From Pirellulales bacterium (GTDB lineage Bacteria > Planctomycetota > Planctomycetia > Pirellulales > PALSA-1355): a DNA stretch of 64,000 nucleotides. This document shows positions 18,688 to 29,792 of this stretch, piece by piece. The position numbers were made by a program, and so were the translations under genes. Positions within the stretch are counted from its first letter, which is position 1. Every line of letters begins with the position of its first letter. The stretch covers positions 224,001 through 288,000 of the forward strand of contig CAVTBU010000008.1 of NCBI GenBank assembly GCA_963733035.1. The letters are read 5' to 3'. A model generated the notes under the pieces. That model was not told the origin of the DNA, searched no databases, and saw nothing but the letters and a program-made list of their open reading frames with translations.

Positions 18688-19845
18688 TTAGATGCCCCCC
18701 GCCAGCAGCTCGCGGTAAAGCCGTTCGTAGGCGGTCATCATCGCGGCAAAGGAAAATGCGTGGTCGACATAGTCGCGATTCGCGTTTTCCAGCGTCTGAC
18801 GCAGCGTCGAATTGTTGAGAAGTGCTGCAATTCTCTCGGCAAATCCGCGCGGATCGTTGACCGCCACAACCTGTTGCGGTGCCATTGGCCCGAGGGCTTC
18901 GCGGACGCCTTCGACGTCGGTCGCCACCATCGCACGCCCGGCGGCCATGGCTTCAAGCACGACGTTCGGCATACCTTCCCAGCGCGAAGGGACTACGACC
19001 AGATCACTGGCCGCCAAGATACTTGGCACGTCGCCGCGAAAGCCCAGAAACCGCACCGGCATCGGACAGCGACGTTTGGCTAACGCCTCCAATTCCCTCC
19101 GCTCAGGCCCTTCGCCCACGAGCAGCAATTCGACATTTGGCACCTTCGGCGCAACGTCACGGAGCAGTTCCAACAACCAGGCAATGCCCTTCTGGCGATC
19201 GAGCCGTCCGATGCAAGTGACGACCTGTGCGGAAAGACTGACGCCGATCGACTCTCGAGCGGCCGGAACCACCGCGACGAATCGTTGTACATCTACCGCG
19301 TTGGGAATCACCACCAATTTTTCCGCCGGCAGCCCGCCCTCTGAAATCGAGAACTGGCGCACCGACTCGCTCACGCAAACATGCCTGTCGACGAAACGGT
19401 CCGACCACCGCGACGCCCACAAATGCCAACCGGCGCGCCTCTCGGCGACGCGAATGCCGGTGACCACGTGCGGAACGCCAACCCGACGCGCGGCCCACGC
19501 GCAGGCTAGGTTTGCATGAAACAAGAACGTCTGCACGATCCGTGGAGAATCGATCTTCATTTGCCGCCGCAATTGCTTCAGCAAGCGAGGCAGCGCGATC
19601 GTGCTCCGCGCCCCGAAGCAGTGTACCGGTACGCCGGCGTCTTCCAGTCGGTCGGCCAAGGAGGTGGGATTGCCGGCCGGCCGCGGACCGAGACAATAAA
19701 CCACGGGGTCGAACTTCGTGCGGTCCAGCCGCGTGACGAGTTCCACCAGCGCCCGCTCCGCTCCGCCAGGATCGAGCTCCGTAATGCAAAAGGCGACTTT
19801 GATGGACACGTTCGCCGGTCGATCTTTAGTTTGACTCGAGCTCAT
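18688..19845 (-). CDS. GT4-family glycosyltransferase
   Basis: GGAER, IPNAVD, IGRLDRQKG, PSRWEGMPNVVLEAMAAG. Confidence 0.92.
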   Translation of the reverse strand: MSSSQTKDRPANVSIKVAFCITELDPGGAERALVELVTRLDRTKFDPVVYCLGPRPAGNPTSLADRLEDAGVPVHCFGARSTIALPRLLKQLRRQMKIDSPRIVQTFLFHANLACAWAARRVGVPHVVTGIRVAERRAGWHLWASRWSDRFVDRHVCVSESVRQFSISEGGLPAEKLVVIPNAVDVQRFVAVVPAARESIGVSLSAQVVTCIGRLDRQKGIAWLLELLRDVAPKVPNVELLLVGEGPERRELEALAKRRCPMPVRFLGFRGDVPSILAASDLVVVPSRWEGMPNVVLEAMAAGRAMVATDVEGVREALGPMAPQQVVAVNDPRGFAERIAALLNNSTLRQTLENANRDYVDHAFSFAAMMTAYERLYRELLAGGI

Positions 19846-19927
19846 CGGTCCGCCGCGCTACCGCCTTCGTTCGACAATTCAATCCCGTTCAAGTTTACCA
19901 CTGAAATTCCGACTCGTAGAATCGCCC

Positions 19928-20977
19928 GTGGCGCACGAACTTTCCGAATACGACTACGACCTGCCCAAGCGCCTCATTGCGCAGCATCCGTTGCAGCGCC
20001 GCACCGACGCGCGATTGCTGGTCGTCAACCGGGCCGCAGGGAGTCTCGCACACCATCATATTCGCGATTTGCCCGGCTTGTTGCGGCCGGGGGATTGCCT
20101 GGTTATTAACGACACACGCGTCATTCCAGCCCGATTAGTTGGGTTTCGCGTTGCCACAGACGGCCGCTGGGAGGGGCTATTCCTCTCGGCCGACGACAAA
20201 GGGAATTGGCGACTCTTGGCCAAATCGCGTGGAAAGTTGCAGGCCGGCGAATCGGTCGCCCTCACCAATCAGCAGCTTCAAGAGGTTTTTCGGCTGCGGC
20301 TGTTGCTCAAAGAGCCGGAGGGCTCCTGGATCGCGCGGCCGGAGATCGCAGGGGCGCCATTTGAACTCCTCGAGCGCGTCGGCCGCGTGCCGTTGCCCCC
20401 CTACATTCGCGACGGCGAGATGAGCGACGCGGATCGCGAGCGATACCAAACCGTCTTTGGCGAAAAGCCCGGCGCGGTGGCCGCTCCGACAGCCGGCTTG
20501 CACTTCACGCAGGATCTGCTCAAGCGGCTGGAAGAGGCCGGGATGAGCATCGCGCGAGTCACGCTGCACGTGGGCCAGGATACGTTTCGGCCCGTCACTG
20601 CCGAAACGCTCGACGGCCACCAAATGCATAGCGAGTGGTGCGAGATCACATTCAACGCCGTTGAGAAAATCACGGCAGCTAGGAATGCTGGCGGGCGAGT
20701 CGTGGCAATTGGGACGACGTCGGTACGAACGCTCGAATCGGCAGTCCGCGGCGGGCGTCTGGAACCCTTCGCCGGGTCGACGGACCTGTTCATCCGTCCG
20801 CCCTATGAATTTCGCGCTGTCGACGCGTTGTTGACAAACTTTCACCTGCCGCGCACGACGCTGCTGGTGCTCGTGCGAACTTTCGGCGGTGACGATTTGA
20901 TTCGCCGAGCCTACGGTGAAGCGATTCGCGAAGAGTATCGCTTCTACAGTTACGGTGATGCCATGCTTATTTTGTGA
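19928..20977 (+). CDS. queA: SAM:tRNA ribosyltransferase-isomerase QueA
   Basis: LIAQHP, NDTRVIPARL, PLPPYI, AAPTAGLHF, TNFHLP, YRFYSYGDAMLI. Confidence 0.97.
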   Translation: MAHELSEYDYDLPKRLIAQHPLQRRTDARLLVVNRAAGSLAHHHIRDLPGLLRPGDCLVINDTRVIPARLVGFRVATDGRWEGLFLSADDKGNWRLLAKSRGKLQAGESVALTNQQLQEVFRLRLLLKEPEGSWIARPEIAGAPFELLERVGRVPLPPYIRDGEMSDADRERYQTVFGEKPGAVAAPTAGLHFTQDLLKRLEEAGMSIARVTLHVGQDTFRPVTAETLDGHQMHSEWCEITFNAVEKITAARNAGGRVVAIGTTSVRTLESAVRGGRLEPFAGSTDLFIRPPYEFRAVDALLTNFHLPRTTLLVLVRTFGGDDLIRRAYGEAIREEYRFYSYGDAMLIL

Positions 20978-21115
20978 AAAATCGCGATGGAGTTCGCAGT
21001 TTCTACTCGCGCGTGTTCGGCAGCATTCCAGAAGGTGCTATCGCTCGCTCGGCGGTCTGTTAGAATCGTGGACTGAGCCTCCGCCCGTCGTTCTCACGCC
21101 TGAAAGGATGCCGCC

Positions 21116-21739
21116 GTGACGCAAGTGCAAACCGAATGCGTTTTGGTCGTGCCGACCGAACAGTTCCACCGTCTCGGACACTTCCAAGGCTTCTCGCGCG
21201 ACGTCGATCGCTACCTCGGCGAACTTCTTAATCCCGAGCACACGAGCTACCGACCTCGGCATGAGGTGGAGGAAGATCCCAGTTTCAAGCAGTTGATCCC
21301 ATACGTTATTTTCCGATACACGGACGGATCCGGCCGCGTGCACTTGTTTCAATACACCCGCGGCAAAGGGCAGGGGGAGGGACGCCTGCATAGCAAAAAA
21401 AGCGTCGGCATCGGTGGCCACATTTCGTCCGACGATAACGCCGCTGGCGCCCATGGGTCGACCGCCTACGAGGAAGGCATGCGCCGCGAACTGGCCGAGG
21501 AAGTAACGATTAACACCAAATACCGCGAACAATGTGCCGGCCTCATCAACGACGACGAAACCGAGGTGGGCAAAGTGCACCTGGGAGTCGTGCATGTTTT
21601 CGACGTCGAATCGCCCAACGTCCGCCCGCTGGAGACTGACATCTGCGAGGCTGGGTTCCGCCCGCTGGACGAGATCCTGGCCGACACCAGCGGGTTTGAA
21701 ACTTGGTCTTCCATCTGTCTCGAGGCCCTTTTCGCCTGA
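21116..21739 (+). CDS. Predicted NUDIX-family phosphoesterase
   Basis: EEDPSFKQLIPY, GEGRLH, SVGIGGHI, RRELAEEV, VGKVHLG. Confidence 0.85.
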   Translation: MTQVQTECVLVVPTEQFHRLGHFQGFSRDVDRYLGELLNPEHTSYRPRHEVEEDPSFKQLIPYVIFRYTDGSGRVHLFQYTRGKGQGEGRLHSKKSVGIGGHISSDDNAAGAHGSTAYEEGMRRELAEEVTINTKYREQCAGLINDDETEVGKVHLGVVHVFDVESPNVRPLETDICEAGFRPLDEILADTSGFETWSSICLEALFA

Positions 21740-22063
21740 TTTCCCAGGTACGACGTCGTCGCTGCGGACCTTGACGCACACCATGACACCCGTCATACTT
21801 TGCTGACATTGCACCTCCCCTCGGAACAGGAGAAGTGGTTATGATTCGTTGGAATACTGCGCTTGCGGTATCGTTTCAGTCGTCGTTCGCAGCCGCATCC
21901 GCACGTAGCGTGATGGTTGTGCAAGACGACGCTCGTCCCCCAGCCGGGACTCTCGCGGCCGACTTGCCGTTCGGAACGTCGCGCAACGACGGGACCCGAC
22001 TGCTCCGGCTTGCGAAATGCGCACCCACGGCCACCACGGGTCTCGCCTCGCTTTGATTGACTC

Positions 22064-22101
22064 ACCTCGGTTGCGCAACCACTTGCCCGTGCAACCGAGG
22101 T
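22064..22101. repeat. Inverted repeat / hairpin
   Basis: ACCTCGGTTGC-N16-GCAACCGAGGT, perfect 11-bp arms in an intergenic region. Confidence 0.6.
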
Positions 22102-22295
22102 CGCGTGCGCTGACGACGTGCTGTTGGTCACTCACAGCCGTCGTCACGCACGCATCGCTTCTGGTCGCACAGAGGCATTGTTATCCGCCACGCAACAGCC
22201 GGCGCAGCGCAAGATCATGTGGGCATCTGCACAAATCAACGACTGGCGGCCCTACCCGAGCAGGAGAAGGACGGCGAAGCATGCCGTCCGGACGA

Positions 22296-23633
22296 CTATT
22301 GTAGGGCCTTGAGCAGGATGCTCGTGACCAACGCGCCGGCGGCCAGGATGAGCGGCGTGACGACGACGGCCACCAGCGGCCAACTTGTCGTCGGCTCTTC
22401 CTGAACGAAGCCGGGGCTACGACGGAAATCCGGCACGGTCTCCTGGCCAGCCGAAGCCACTGGGTCAGTCGGTTGCGAGACCTGGCTGGAGCTTTCGTCC
22501 TGATTGAAAGGCAGGTCGTCGAACAAACCGGGCTCGGTGTCGGACAGAGACGGCTGCTGGCCACGGCCGCTGCCAGACGACTGCGAAATGTCGTATTTCA
22601 CGGAGTCACGCGCCCACGGAGCCAGGCGCCGCACCACCTCTTCGGTCGATTGCAACCGTTTTTGCGGGTCCTTTTCCATCATGGCCGCGATGACGTCAAC
22701 AAAGTCGTCGCTCAATTCGAGGTTGAACCGCCGGGGGTTAAGCGGAATATCCTCGCAATGCCGACGGGCTTTGTCACGCTGCGTGCCACCGGGAAAAGGC
22801 ACCTTCCCGGTTACGGCGTAGTAAAGCGTGCAACCGAGTGAATAGATGTCGCTAATCGCCGACAATTTCGATGGCGAGGTAATGTGCTCCGGCGACAGAT
22901 AATCAGCGGTCCCCACGATGCGGCCAGCCCGCGGGTCATCTGGATCTTCAACCCCCAAAAACCCTGCCAATCCCAGGTCCGAGACCTTGGTCAACCCGTC
23001 AGGCGTCACCAGCAAGTTGCCGGGTTTCACGTCGCGATGCACCATGCCGCGTATATGGGCGTGCCCCAGTCCGCAGGCCGCCTGCGAAATGATTGTGGCG
23101 GCATCCTGCATCGAGAGCTTGCCTCGCGCCCGGACCAGTTTCCGTAGGTCGGCGCCGGGCACGAACTCAGTGACCAGAAAATACACGTTGCCATCGTGCC
23201 CGGCGTCGAAAGCTCGGACGAGATTCTGATGGTCCAGCTGTGCCTGTGCACGGATCTCGCGCGTGAAGCTGGCGATCGCGTCAGGAGTAGAACGATGCCG
23301 CGGCAGCACTTTAATTGCCACGACGCGGCCCATCAAACGGTGCTCGGCCTTGAATACCTGCCCCATGCCCCCCTGACCAATCGAATCGATGACCTGGTAG
23401 GGGCCGAGGTTGAACTTCGCTCGGCCAACCTTGAGTTGTTCGGCCTGCCAGCGGTTCAGATGGCCTTGTTCGACGAGCTTGGCAGCCAATGGCGCATCTT
23501 CGACAACGGTCCAGGTCCCCACCGGTCCGGCATCGGCGCGCACAGCCGCTTCGGCTGCGAGGATCTGCTCGACGGTGAGCAGTCCGCTGGCCAGAGCCGA
23601 GCGACGGAACACAGTAAGGGGTAGACTATCCAC
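22296..23633 (-). CDS. Hanks-type Ser/Thr protein kinase with C-terminal TM helix
   Basis: GQGGMGQV, AIK, HRDVKPGN, DLGLA, GTADYLSPE, DIYSLG; hydrophobic C-terminus. Confidence 0.93.
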   Translation of the reverse strand: MDSLPLTVFRRSALASGLLTVEQILAAEAAVRADAGPVGTWTVVEDAPLAAKLVEQGHLNRWQAEQLKVGRAKFNLGPYQVIDSIGQGGMGQVFKAEHRLMGRVVAIKVLPRHRSTPDAIASFTREIRAQAQLDHQNLVRAFDAGHDGNVYFLVTEFVPGADLRKLVRARGKLSMQDAATIISQAACGLGHAHIRGMVHRDVKPGNLLVTPDGLTKVSDLGLAGFLGVEDPDDPRAGRIVGTADYLSPEHITSPSKLSAISDIYSLGCTLYYAVTGKVPFPGGTQRDKARRHCEDIPLNPRRFNLELSDDFVDVIAAMMEKDPQKRLQSTEEVVRRLAPWARDSVKYDISQSSGSGRGQQPSLSDTEPGLFDDLPFNQDESSSQVSQPTDPVASAGQETVPDFRRSPGFVQEEPTTSWPLVAVVVTPLILAAGALVTSILLKALQ

Positions 23634-23873
23634 AGCTTTCGCGGCGTCAGGGACAACGCGCCACGGAGTCGGGCCGAAGGTTCGCCTATACCAACGATAT
23701 CACGAATGTGATTGACTCTTCGCTGCTCCCCTTCCAAGCCTTCAACATAGGCCAACCGCTAAGCGACTGAATAGCCTAAAAACCAGCAGAATTCACAAAT
23801 GCGCAAAACCGCGCCAGCTCGAGCATGCGGCTGCTGGGCCCAACGAGACGATCGCTAGACTCCCCGATTTTCC

Positions 23874-24551
23874 CTATTCCAGCCTCATCATCCGCCAAGA
23901 CGGCGGCAGCGGGGCAACCAAGTCTATCGGTATGTGACGAACGGGATGATCCACCACGAGCCGCCGAGCGTGCAGGGCCATTCCTGCCGGAAATGCTCGT
24001 GCCCGAGCGTACTTGCATTCACCCCATACCGGAAAGCCCCGCGAGGCGAGCTGGACGCGAATTTGGTGTTTTCGGCCGGTCAAAAGCTCGATTTCTAACA
24101 AGTTTCCGCCTGAAACCTGCTGCTTCAATCGGTACCGCAGACGTGCTTCCTTGGCGCCTGACACGTCGGCCGTCACCACCGCCATTCGCTGCCGAAGATC
24201 ATCTTTGACCACCCAATCGACCAGTTCGGCCTCGGGGGGCTCGATTTTTCCAGATACGATCGCCCAGTAGCTTTTCTGCACCGCGCGGCTGCGGAATTGT
24301 TCGGAAAGCCGCGCCGCCGCTTTGGAGGTGCGAGCCAGGATCACCACTCCAGATGTCGCGGTATCGAGTCGTGAAACAACACCGAGATAAACGTTGCCCG
24401 GCTTCTGGTAACGCCGTTTGATATACTGCCGGGCCAGCACAACCAGGCTGGTTTCGCCGGCGGCGACGCCCATCGTGGCCAACCCCGGCGGCTTATTGAC
24501 GGCGAGCAGATGATTGTCTTCAAAAAGGATTTCCAGATTGCTTGAATTCAT
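23874..24551 (-). CDS. RluA-family pseudouridine synthase
   Basis: VNKPPG, SRLDTATSG, TGRKHQIRVQ, LHAR. Confidence 0.92.
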   Translation of the reverse strand: MNSSNLEILFEDNHLLAVNKPPGLATMGVAAGETSLVVLARQYIKRRYQKPGNVYLGVVSRLDTATSGVVILARTSKAAARLSEQFRSRAVQKSYWAIVSGKIEPPEAELVDWVVKDDLRQRMAVVTADVSGAKEARLRYRLKQQVSGGNLLEIELLTGRKHQIRVQLASRGFPVWGECKYARARAFPAGMALHARRLVVDHPVRHIPIDLVAPLPPSWRMMRLE

Positions 24552-24630
24552 CGTCAAGATGGAATCGCGCGGGTGTCGGAATCAACCTAGCCAGAAACCA
24601 CAACGGCGCGACAATCGTATCAGATCGTAG

Positions 24631-25248
24631 ATGACCACGCCTGACGCCAAATTGATCCTGGCCAGCGGTTCCCCGCAGCGCAAGGCGTTGCTCACCGCCG
24701 CCGGCTACGCGTTCCGCGTCGTTGCGCCCGGCGCTGCCGCCGAATGCGGTGTTTGCAGCCGCGAAAGCCCTGGCGAATTGGTCGCCCGACTGGCACGTCA
24801 GAAAGCCGCCGATGTCGCAACGCAGTTGGCAACTGAAGCGGCCTCGCACGAGATCATCGTGGCTTGCGACACCGTGGCCGAATGCCTGGGTAAAATTCTC
24901 GGCAAACCCGTAAATCGAACGCATGCGCGGGAAATGCTGCAGTTATTGAGCGGCCATGAGCATCGCGTCTACAGTGGGTTGTGCCTGTGGCCCCGAGACA
25001 AGCGCGAGCCCCAAACCCGTGTCGCCCGCACGACATTGCGAATGGAGGCCCTTGATGATCAACGAATCGACGAATACTTGAACAGCGGGCTGTGGGAGGG
25101 CAAGGCCGGGGCGTTTGGCTATCAGGACCGAGTGGACTGGCTGTCAATCGTCGCAGGTAGTGAGTCGAACGTAATTGGGCTGCCAATGGAGCTGCTGGCC
25201 GCGATGTTTTCGGGCAGCCCAATCGCTAATGAAAATTCTGTGGGGTGA
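24631..25248 (+). CDS. maf: Maf-family nucleotide pyrophosphatase
   Basis: LILASGSPQR, CDTV, ILGKP, KAGAFGYQ, NVIGLP. Confidence 0.92.
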   Translation: MTTPDAKLILASGSPQRKALLTAAGYAFRVVAPGAAAECGVCSRESPGELVARLARQKAADVATQLATEAASHEIIVACDTVAECLGKILGKPVNRTHAREMLQLLSGHEHRVYSGLCLWPRDKREPQTRVARTTLRMEALDDQRIDEYLNSGLWEGKAGAFGYQDRVDWLSIVAGSESNVIGLPMELLAAMFSGSPIANENSVG

Positions 25249-25500
25249 CCCCTCCCAAGGGTAATGCCTCCCGCCGTACGATTGCAGGGGAAGTTACAAT
25301 TGAATGGTGTGCCCCAACCGACATTCGATTGAGCTGCGGGGGCCCTCTCTTGCCGCTGCCCAGCCGGCAACGATAAGGTGTAAGTTGGTGGTTTCGTGGA
25401 CATTTCTTGCCGCCAACAGAACTCTAGAATCCATTGACTTGCGACCGCCACGGGCCGGATCCGGTCTGTCGCGGTTCGTGCTGGCAACGAGACCAAATTG

Positions 25501-27525
25501 ATGCTTGCCTACCTGGTCATTCGTGAGGGCTCAAAATGGGCCGACGTCTTCCGACTGGTTCCCGGCCAGGCGGTGACGATCGGCCGCGCCCCGACCAATC
25601 AGGTGGTAATCAAGGACGAGCGTTGTAGCCGTTGCCACGCCGAAATCTTCTTTTCCGAAGATCGGTGGGTACTTCGAGACCTGGATAGCCGCAATGGTAC
25701 GGCGGTGGGAAGCACGCGAGTACGCGGCGACTACGTTTTACAGGCCGGCAATATTGTGCGGATCGGCCAATCTCAACTGCGTTTCGTGCACGACCTTTCG
25801 AAGGCGTTCACCGAGAGCAACATCGTTCCACAGGACGAAATCTCGACTGCGGCTCCCGTCGAGGCGAGCAAGACTCCGCCGGCCACGGACGATTCAAGCG
25901 TGCTTTCGATCCACGAACCCTCCACGATCACGCACCGCCGAATGCAGACCCGGTTTCTGGAACCGCACGAACCGGAAGAAAACTTGCCAAAGATCGGTCA
26001 GGCCGCCGCGAGCTTATGCCGCCTGGCATTCGAATTGGCGCAGGCCCCGGATCTGACCACGATTGCCGACCTGGCGTTGGCCGGCGTGTTTCAAGCGACC
26101 CAAGTGGACGCCGGCGCCGTGTTCGTTCTGCCGCGGCACTACGAGGGCGAACCGCACGTGAACGATCTGGAAATGATCGCCGCTCGCACGGATTCAACCG
26201 TGCCTTATCACCGCGTCTCGGGAGTACTAGCATCCACCGTACTCCGCGAAGGAGAAGCCGTGTTGGCCCGAAACGTAATGGGCGACAGCACGCTAGGTAG
26301 TCGCGACAGCAAGGGTGTGGTGGACGCCACCAGCGTGATCTGCGCCCCCATTCGCCGTGGCAAACGCGTGTTGGGTCTCATGCACTTGTATTCAACTGAC
26401 GACGATCGCGTGCCGGATCCGGACGATCTGGAATTCACGCTGGCCGTGGCGAACACCGTGGCCGTGGCGATCGACAACCTGAGCAGTCGCGAAGAGTTGG
26501 CCGAGGACCTCAGCCATATTCGAAATGAAAACTTGCAACTGCGCGAACGACTGGGTGTGCAGAGCGAGATCGTCGGCTCAAGCATTGCGATGGCCAAAGT
26601 GGCACAGGAAATCGGCCGCGCAGCGCCCAGCCGCGCCACGGTGCTCATCCGCGGCGAAAGTGGCGTGGGCAAGGAACTCGTGGCTCGGGCCGTGCACTTC
26701 TCGAGCCCGCGTCGCAAGGGACCGTTTGTGTGTGTCAACTGCGCGGCCTTGTCGCGGAGCCTACTAGCCAGTGAGCTATTCGGACACGAGGAAGGCGCGT
26801 TCACCGGGGCCACGCAGCGTAAGATGGGCAAGTTCGAGGCATCGGACACCGGCACGCTAATGCTCGATGAGATCGGCGAAATGAGCCCGGCCACGCAGGC
26901 CAAGTTTCTCCGCGTATTGGAAGGGCATCCGTTCGAACGCGTCGGCGGCACGGAAACGATCAAGGTCGATGTTCGCGTGATCGCAGCGACAAATCGGGAC
27001 TTGGAGCGCGACGTGGCCGAGGGTCGCTTCCGTCGCGATCTTTATTTTCGCCTTCGCGTCTTGGAAATCCTCGTGCCGCCGCTGCGCAAACGCCCCGAAG
27101 ACATTCCTGAACTGTCGCACTACTTCTTACAGAAGTTCAATACCGAAACCGGGCGCAAGCTGCGGGGCTTTACGCCCCCGGCCATGGAGTTGATGCGCAA
27201 GTACCGTTGGCCCGGCAACGTCCGCGAGTTGAAGAACGTGGTCGAACGCGCCGTGGTACTGGCCCGTGGTGAATTTCTCGAGCCAGACGACCTGACACTC
27301 TCCAAACTATCCACCGCTGGCGACACGGCGGAAAATGCCGTTAGACCGGACGAGTTCCAACCGGCCTCGCTGGCGGAAGTCGAGCGCGAGCACATTTTGG
27401 CAACTCTCTTGGCCACGGGCTGGAACAAGAGCCAAACGGCGGCGCTGCTGGGAATTGAGCGAACCACGCTCGACCGCAAGATTCGCCGCTACGAACTGCT
27501 CGACGAGCGCGCCAAACGAGGCTAA
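25501..27525 (+). CDS. FHA-GAF sigma54-dependent enhancer-binding protein (Fis HTH)
   Basis: FHA ([17 protein letters not shown]), [11 protein letters not shown], intact [22 protein letters not shown]. Confidence 0.94.
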   Translation: MLAYLVIREGSKWADVFRLVPGQAVTIGRAPTNQVVIKDERCSRCHAEIFFSEDRWVLRDLDSRNGTAVGSTRVRGDYVLQAGNIVRIGQSQLRFVHDLSKAFTESNIVPQDEISTAAPVEASKTPPATDDSSVLSIHEPSTITHRRMQTRFLEPHEPEENLPKIGQAAASLCRLAFELAQAPDLTTIADLALAGVFQATQVDAGAVFVLPRHYEGEPHVNDLEMIAARTDSTVPYHRVSGVLASTVLREGEAVLARNVMGDSTLGSRDSKGVVDATSVICAPIRRGKRVLGLMHLYSTDDDRVPDPDDLEFTLAVANTVAVAIDNLSSREELAEDLSHIRNENLQLRERLGVQSEIVGSSIAMAKVAQEIGRAAPSRATVLIRGESGVGKELVARAVHFSSPRRKGPFVCVNCAALSRSLLASELFGHEEGAFTGATQRKMGKFEASDTGTLMLDEIGEMSPATQAKFLRVLEGHPFERVGGTETIKVDVRVIAATNRDLERDVAEGRFRRDLYFRLRVLEILVPPLRKRPEDIPELSHYFLQKFNTETGRKLRGFTPPAMELMRKYRWPGNVRELKNVVERAVVLARGEFLEPDDLTLSKLSTAGDTAENAVRPDEFQPASLAEVEREHILATLLATGWNKSQTAALLGIERTTLDRKIRRYELLDERAKRG

Positions 27526-27631
27526 ACAAGCTCGCCTCGCTCGCACCCCATGACTAAACTGGGGCTGGCAACAAACGATATCCTCGGCGGAACCAGCCGC
27601 CCCGACTGTCTCCTACCCCAGGCCCCCTTTC

Positions 27632-28732
27632 ATGAGAAATCTACGAGCCGCGGTCATCGGCCGCACTGGACACGGCGACTACGGACATGGCATCGACCTC
27701 GTTTGGAACGACCTCCCAGGAGTCGAACTGGTGGCCGTAGCCGATGACAACAAGATGGGCCTGGCCAAAAAAGCTCAGCAGCTCAAAATCGACAAAGCAT
27801 ATGCTGACTACCGGAAAATGCTCGATGAGGTGAAGCCCGACCTGGTCAGCATCGGTTGTCGCTGGCTCGATCAACACCACGACATCGTCGTGGCCGCCGC
27901 GGACCGAGGTGTCCACATCTACCTGGAGAAGCCGCTCTGCCGCACCCTGGCCGAAGCCGACGAGATGGCGGATGCGCTGGAAAGGACCCACACCAAGCTT
28001 GTCTGCGCCCACACGACGCGGCACAGTCCCAGGCTGAAAGTCATGCAACAGATGATCGCCGATGGCAAAATCGGCCGCATTCTGGAGCTACGCGGGCGGG
28101 GAAAGGAGGATCACCGGGGAGGCGGCGAGGACCTATGGGTGCTTGGCACGCACATCATGGACTTGATGCGCATTTTTGGCGGCGACCCGGCCTGGTGCTA
28201 CGCGATGGTCCATGCGGGTGGAGAGCCCGTGACGAAAGCTGACGTCGTCGAGGGCGCCGAGGGCATCGGCCCTCTGGCCGGAGACGCCATTGCCGCGATG
28301 TACGGAATGCCCAACGACATCACCGCCTACTTTGCCACCCAGCGCAAGGCGGCCCCTAAACGCACCCGTTTTGGCCTGACAATCTTAGGCACCGAGGGCG
28401 TGCTGGAAATGTCAACCGGATATCTTCCGGCCGTCAAGTTTCTTCCCGAGTCGAGTTGGTCGGCCGGTCAAACGGGCGCCAAGTGGCAAAACGTGACGAG
28501 CGCCGGCATCGGCAAGCCTGAGCCACTCACGCGTGACAAAGATCCGAACGGCAATCGCCCCTGCGTTCTCGAATTGTTGTCATCGATCCGCGAGAACCGC
28601 ACGCCCAGCGGCGGCATCTATGACGCCCGCGCCGCAGTCGAAATGATCGTCTCCGTGTACGAATCGCATCGACTTGGCGGACCGGCAAAGTTTCCGCTGC
28701 AAAACCGCGAGAACCCCCTGTTGTCGCTCTGA
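27632..28732 (+). CDS. Gfo/Idh/MocA oxidoreductase
   Basis: Rossmann N-terminus, LEKPL, GTHIMDL. Confidence 0.88.
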   Translation: MRNLRAAVIGRTGHGDYGHGIDLVWNDLPGVELVAVADDNKMGLAKKAQQLKIDKAYADYRKMLDEVKPDLVSIGCRWLDQHHDIVVAAADRGVHIYLEKPLCRTLAEADEMADALERTHTKLVCAHTTRHSPRLKVMQQMIADGKIGRILELRGRGKEDHRGGGEDLWVLGTHIMDLMRIFGGDPAWCYAMVHAGGEPVTKADVVEGAEGIGPLAGDAIAAMYGMPNDITAYFATQRKAAPKRTRFGLTILGTEGVLEMSTGYLPAVKFLPESSWSAGQTGAKWQNVTSAGIGKPEPLTRDKDPNGNRPCVLELLSSIRENRTPSGGIYDARAAVEMIVSVYESHRLGGPAKFPLQNRENPLLSL

Positions 28733-28842
28733 TAACTGCGCAGCAGTCAATATCGAAGAGGAGTCTCCCCCGTTTCACACTCTCGCCAACTCAGAGCACG
28801 GGCGGCATGGATAGACGCCGCGTGTTCTACCCATAAAAGCGT

Positions 28843-29253
28843 CTAGCGAACACTTACGCTCGTGGCGTCCGGCTCGCCGACGTTCAGGAATGCCTCGACG
28901 CTACCTGCACTCTGGGCCCCGGTCAGTTGCTTTCGGGTCCAGCTACCATCCGATTTCTTCTGAAACATCACGAGCTGAGGAATTGAGCCCCCCTTCATCA
29001 GCTTGCCGGCCAGCGCGCTGTCAGCATCCGTATTAACGTAGGCGAAAGCTACCTTGCCCAGAGCGCCTTTCTTTTCGACCTCAGGCAACGTGGAGTACTT
29101 CATGGTCCGGCAACCTGGACACCAGTCGGCACCCACGAGAACGACGAGTGGCTTGCCCGTCTCTTCGGTCTGCTTGAAGGCGGTGGCGTAATCGTTTGCG
29201 CCGGCGGTCAGGGCCGCGGCCGACAGAAGCATGTTGAGGGTCAGGTGAATCAC
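28843..29253 (-). CDS. Exported thioredoxin-family protein
   Basis: Hydrophobic N-terminus, GKPLVVLVGADWCPGC, SIPQL cis-Pro loop; AAGGAG before GTG. Confidence 0.88.
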   Translation of the reverse strand: MIHLTLNMLLSAAALTAGANDYATAFKQTEETGKPLVVLVGADWCPGCRTMKYSTLPEVEKKGALGKVAFAYVNTDADSALAGKLMKGGSIPQLVMFQKKSDGSWTRKQLTGAQSAGSVEAFLNVGEPDATSVSVR

Positions 29254-29669
29254 GTTGAGACGCTCCTTCGTGAAAAAAGGTACGAACACGCGTTGTAAAA
29301 CGCCGCGTGTGATGTCGGCCCCAAGGGGAAAACCGCGAACTCAAAACTCGAGTCGCTTGGCGGCTGGGAGGGGGACTTAGGCGGGCCGACGACCGTCAAC
29401 TTCGACGCTCATTTGGCGGCGGCTTCCGTTCCACTCCTCGCTAGTCGAACTGGGCGGTCATCGGTTTCAAATTCGAGGCTCCAGTCTAACCGGGGGATCT
29501 ATGCATGCAACCGTAAAGAAGGGAAACTTTTCCATATCCACAGGTGGGGTAATTGCTAGCTACGAGACATCCAGATCCCGCCGTGCATCGCGGCTACGAA
29601 CTATCCGTGCGACACGTAAGCCCTTTTCAGATAAGGGACTCGAATTGTCACCGATGGGCTTCGCGGTGA

Positions 29670-29697
29670 TTGAGAATTCGACGCCGCCCGATATAAT
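29670..29697 (+). promoter_or_regulatory. Putative sigma70 promoter
   Basis: TTGAGA-N16-TATAAT about 95 nt upstream of the 29793 start. Confidence 0.5.
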
Positions 29698-29792
29698 CAC
29701 CTGCGGTTCGGGCACGATTGACAGCATGGGCTCATTTCTCGCTATTTCGCACGGAACTCCTCGCCCCCGGGCCTTGTTTCAAAGCCATTCTT

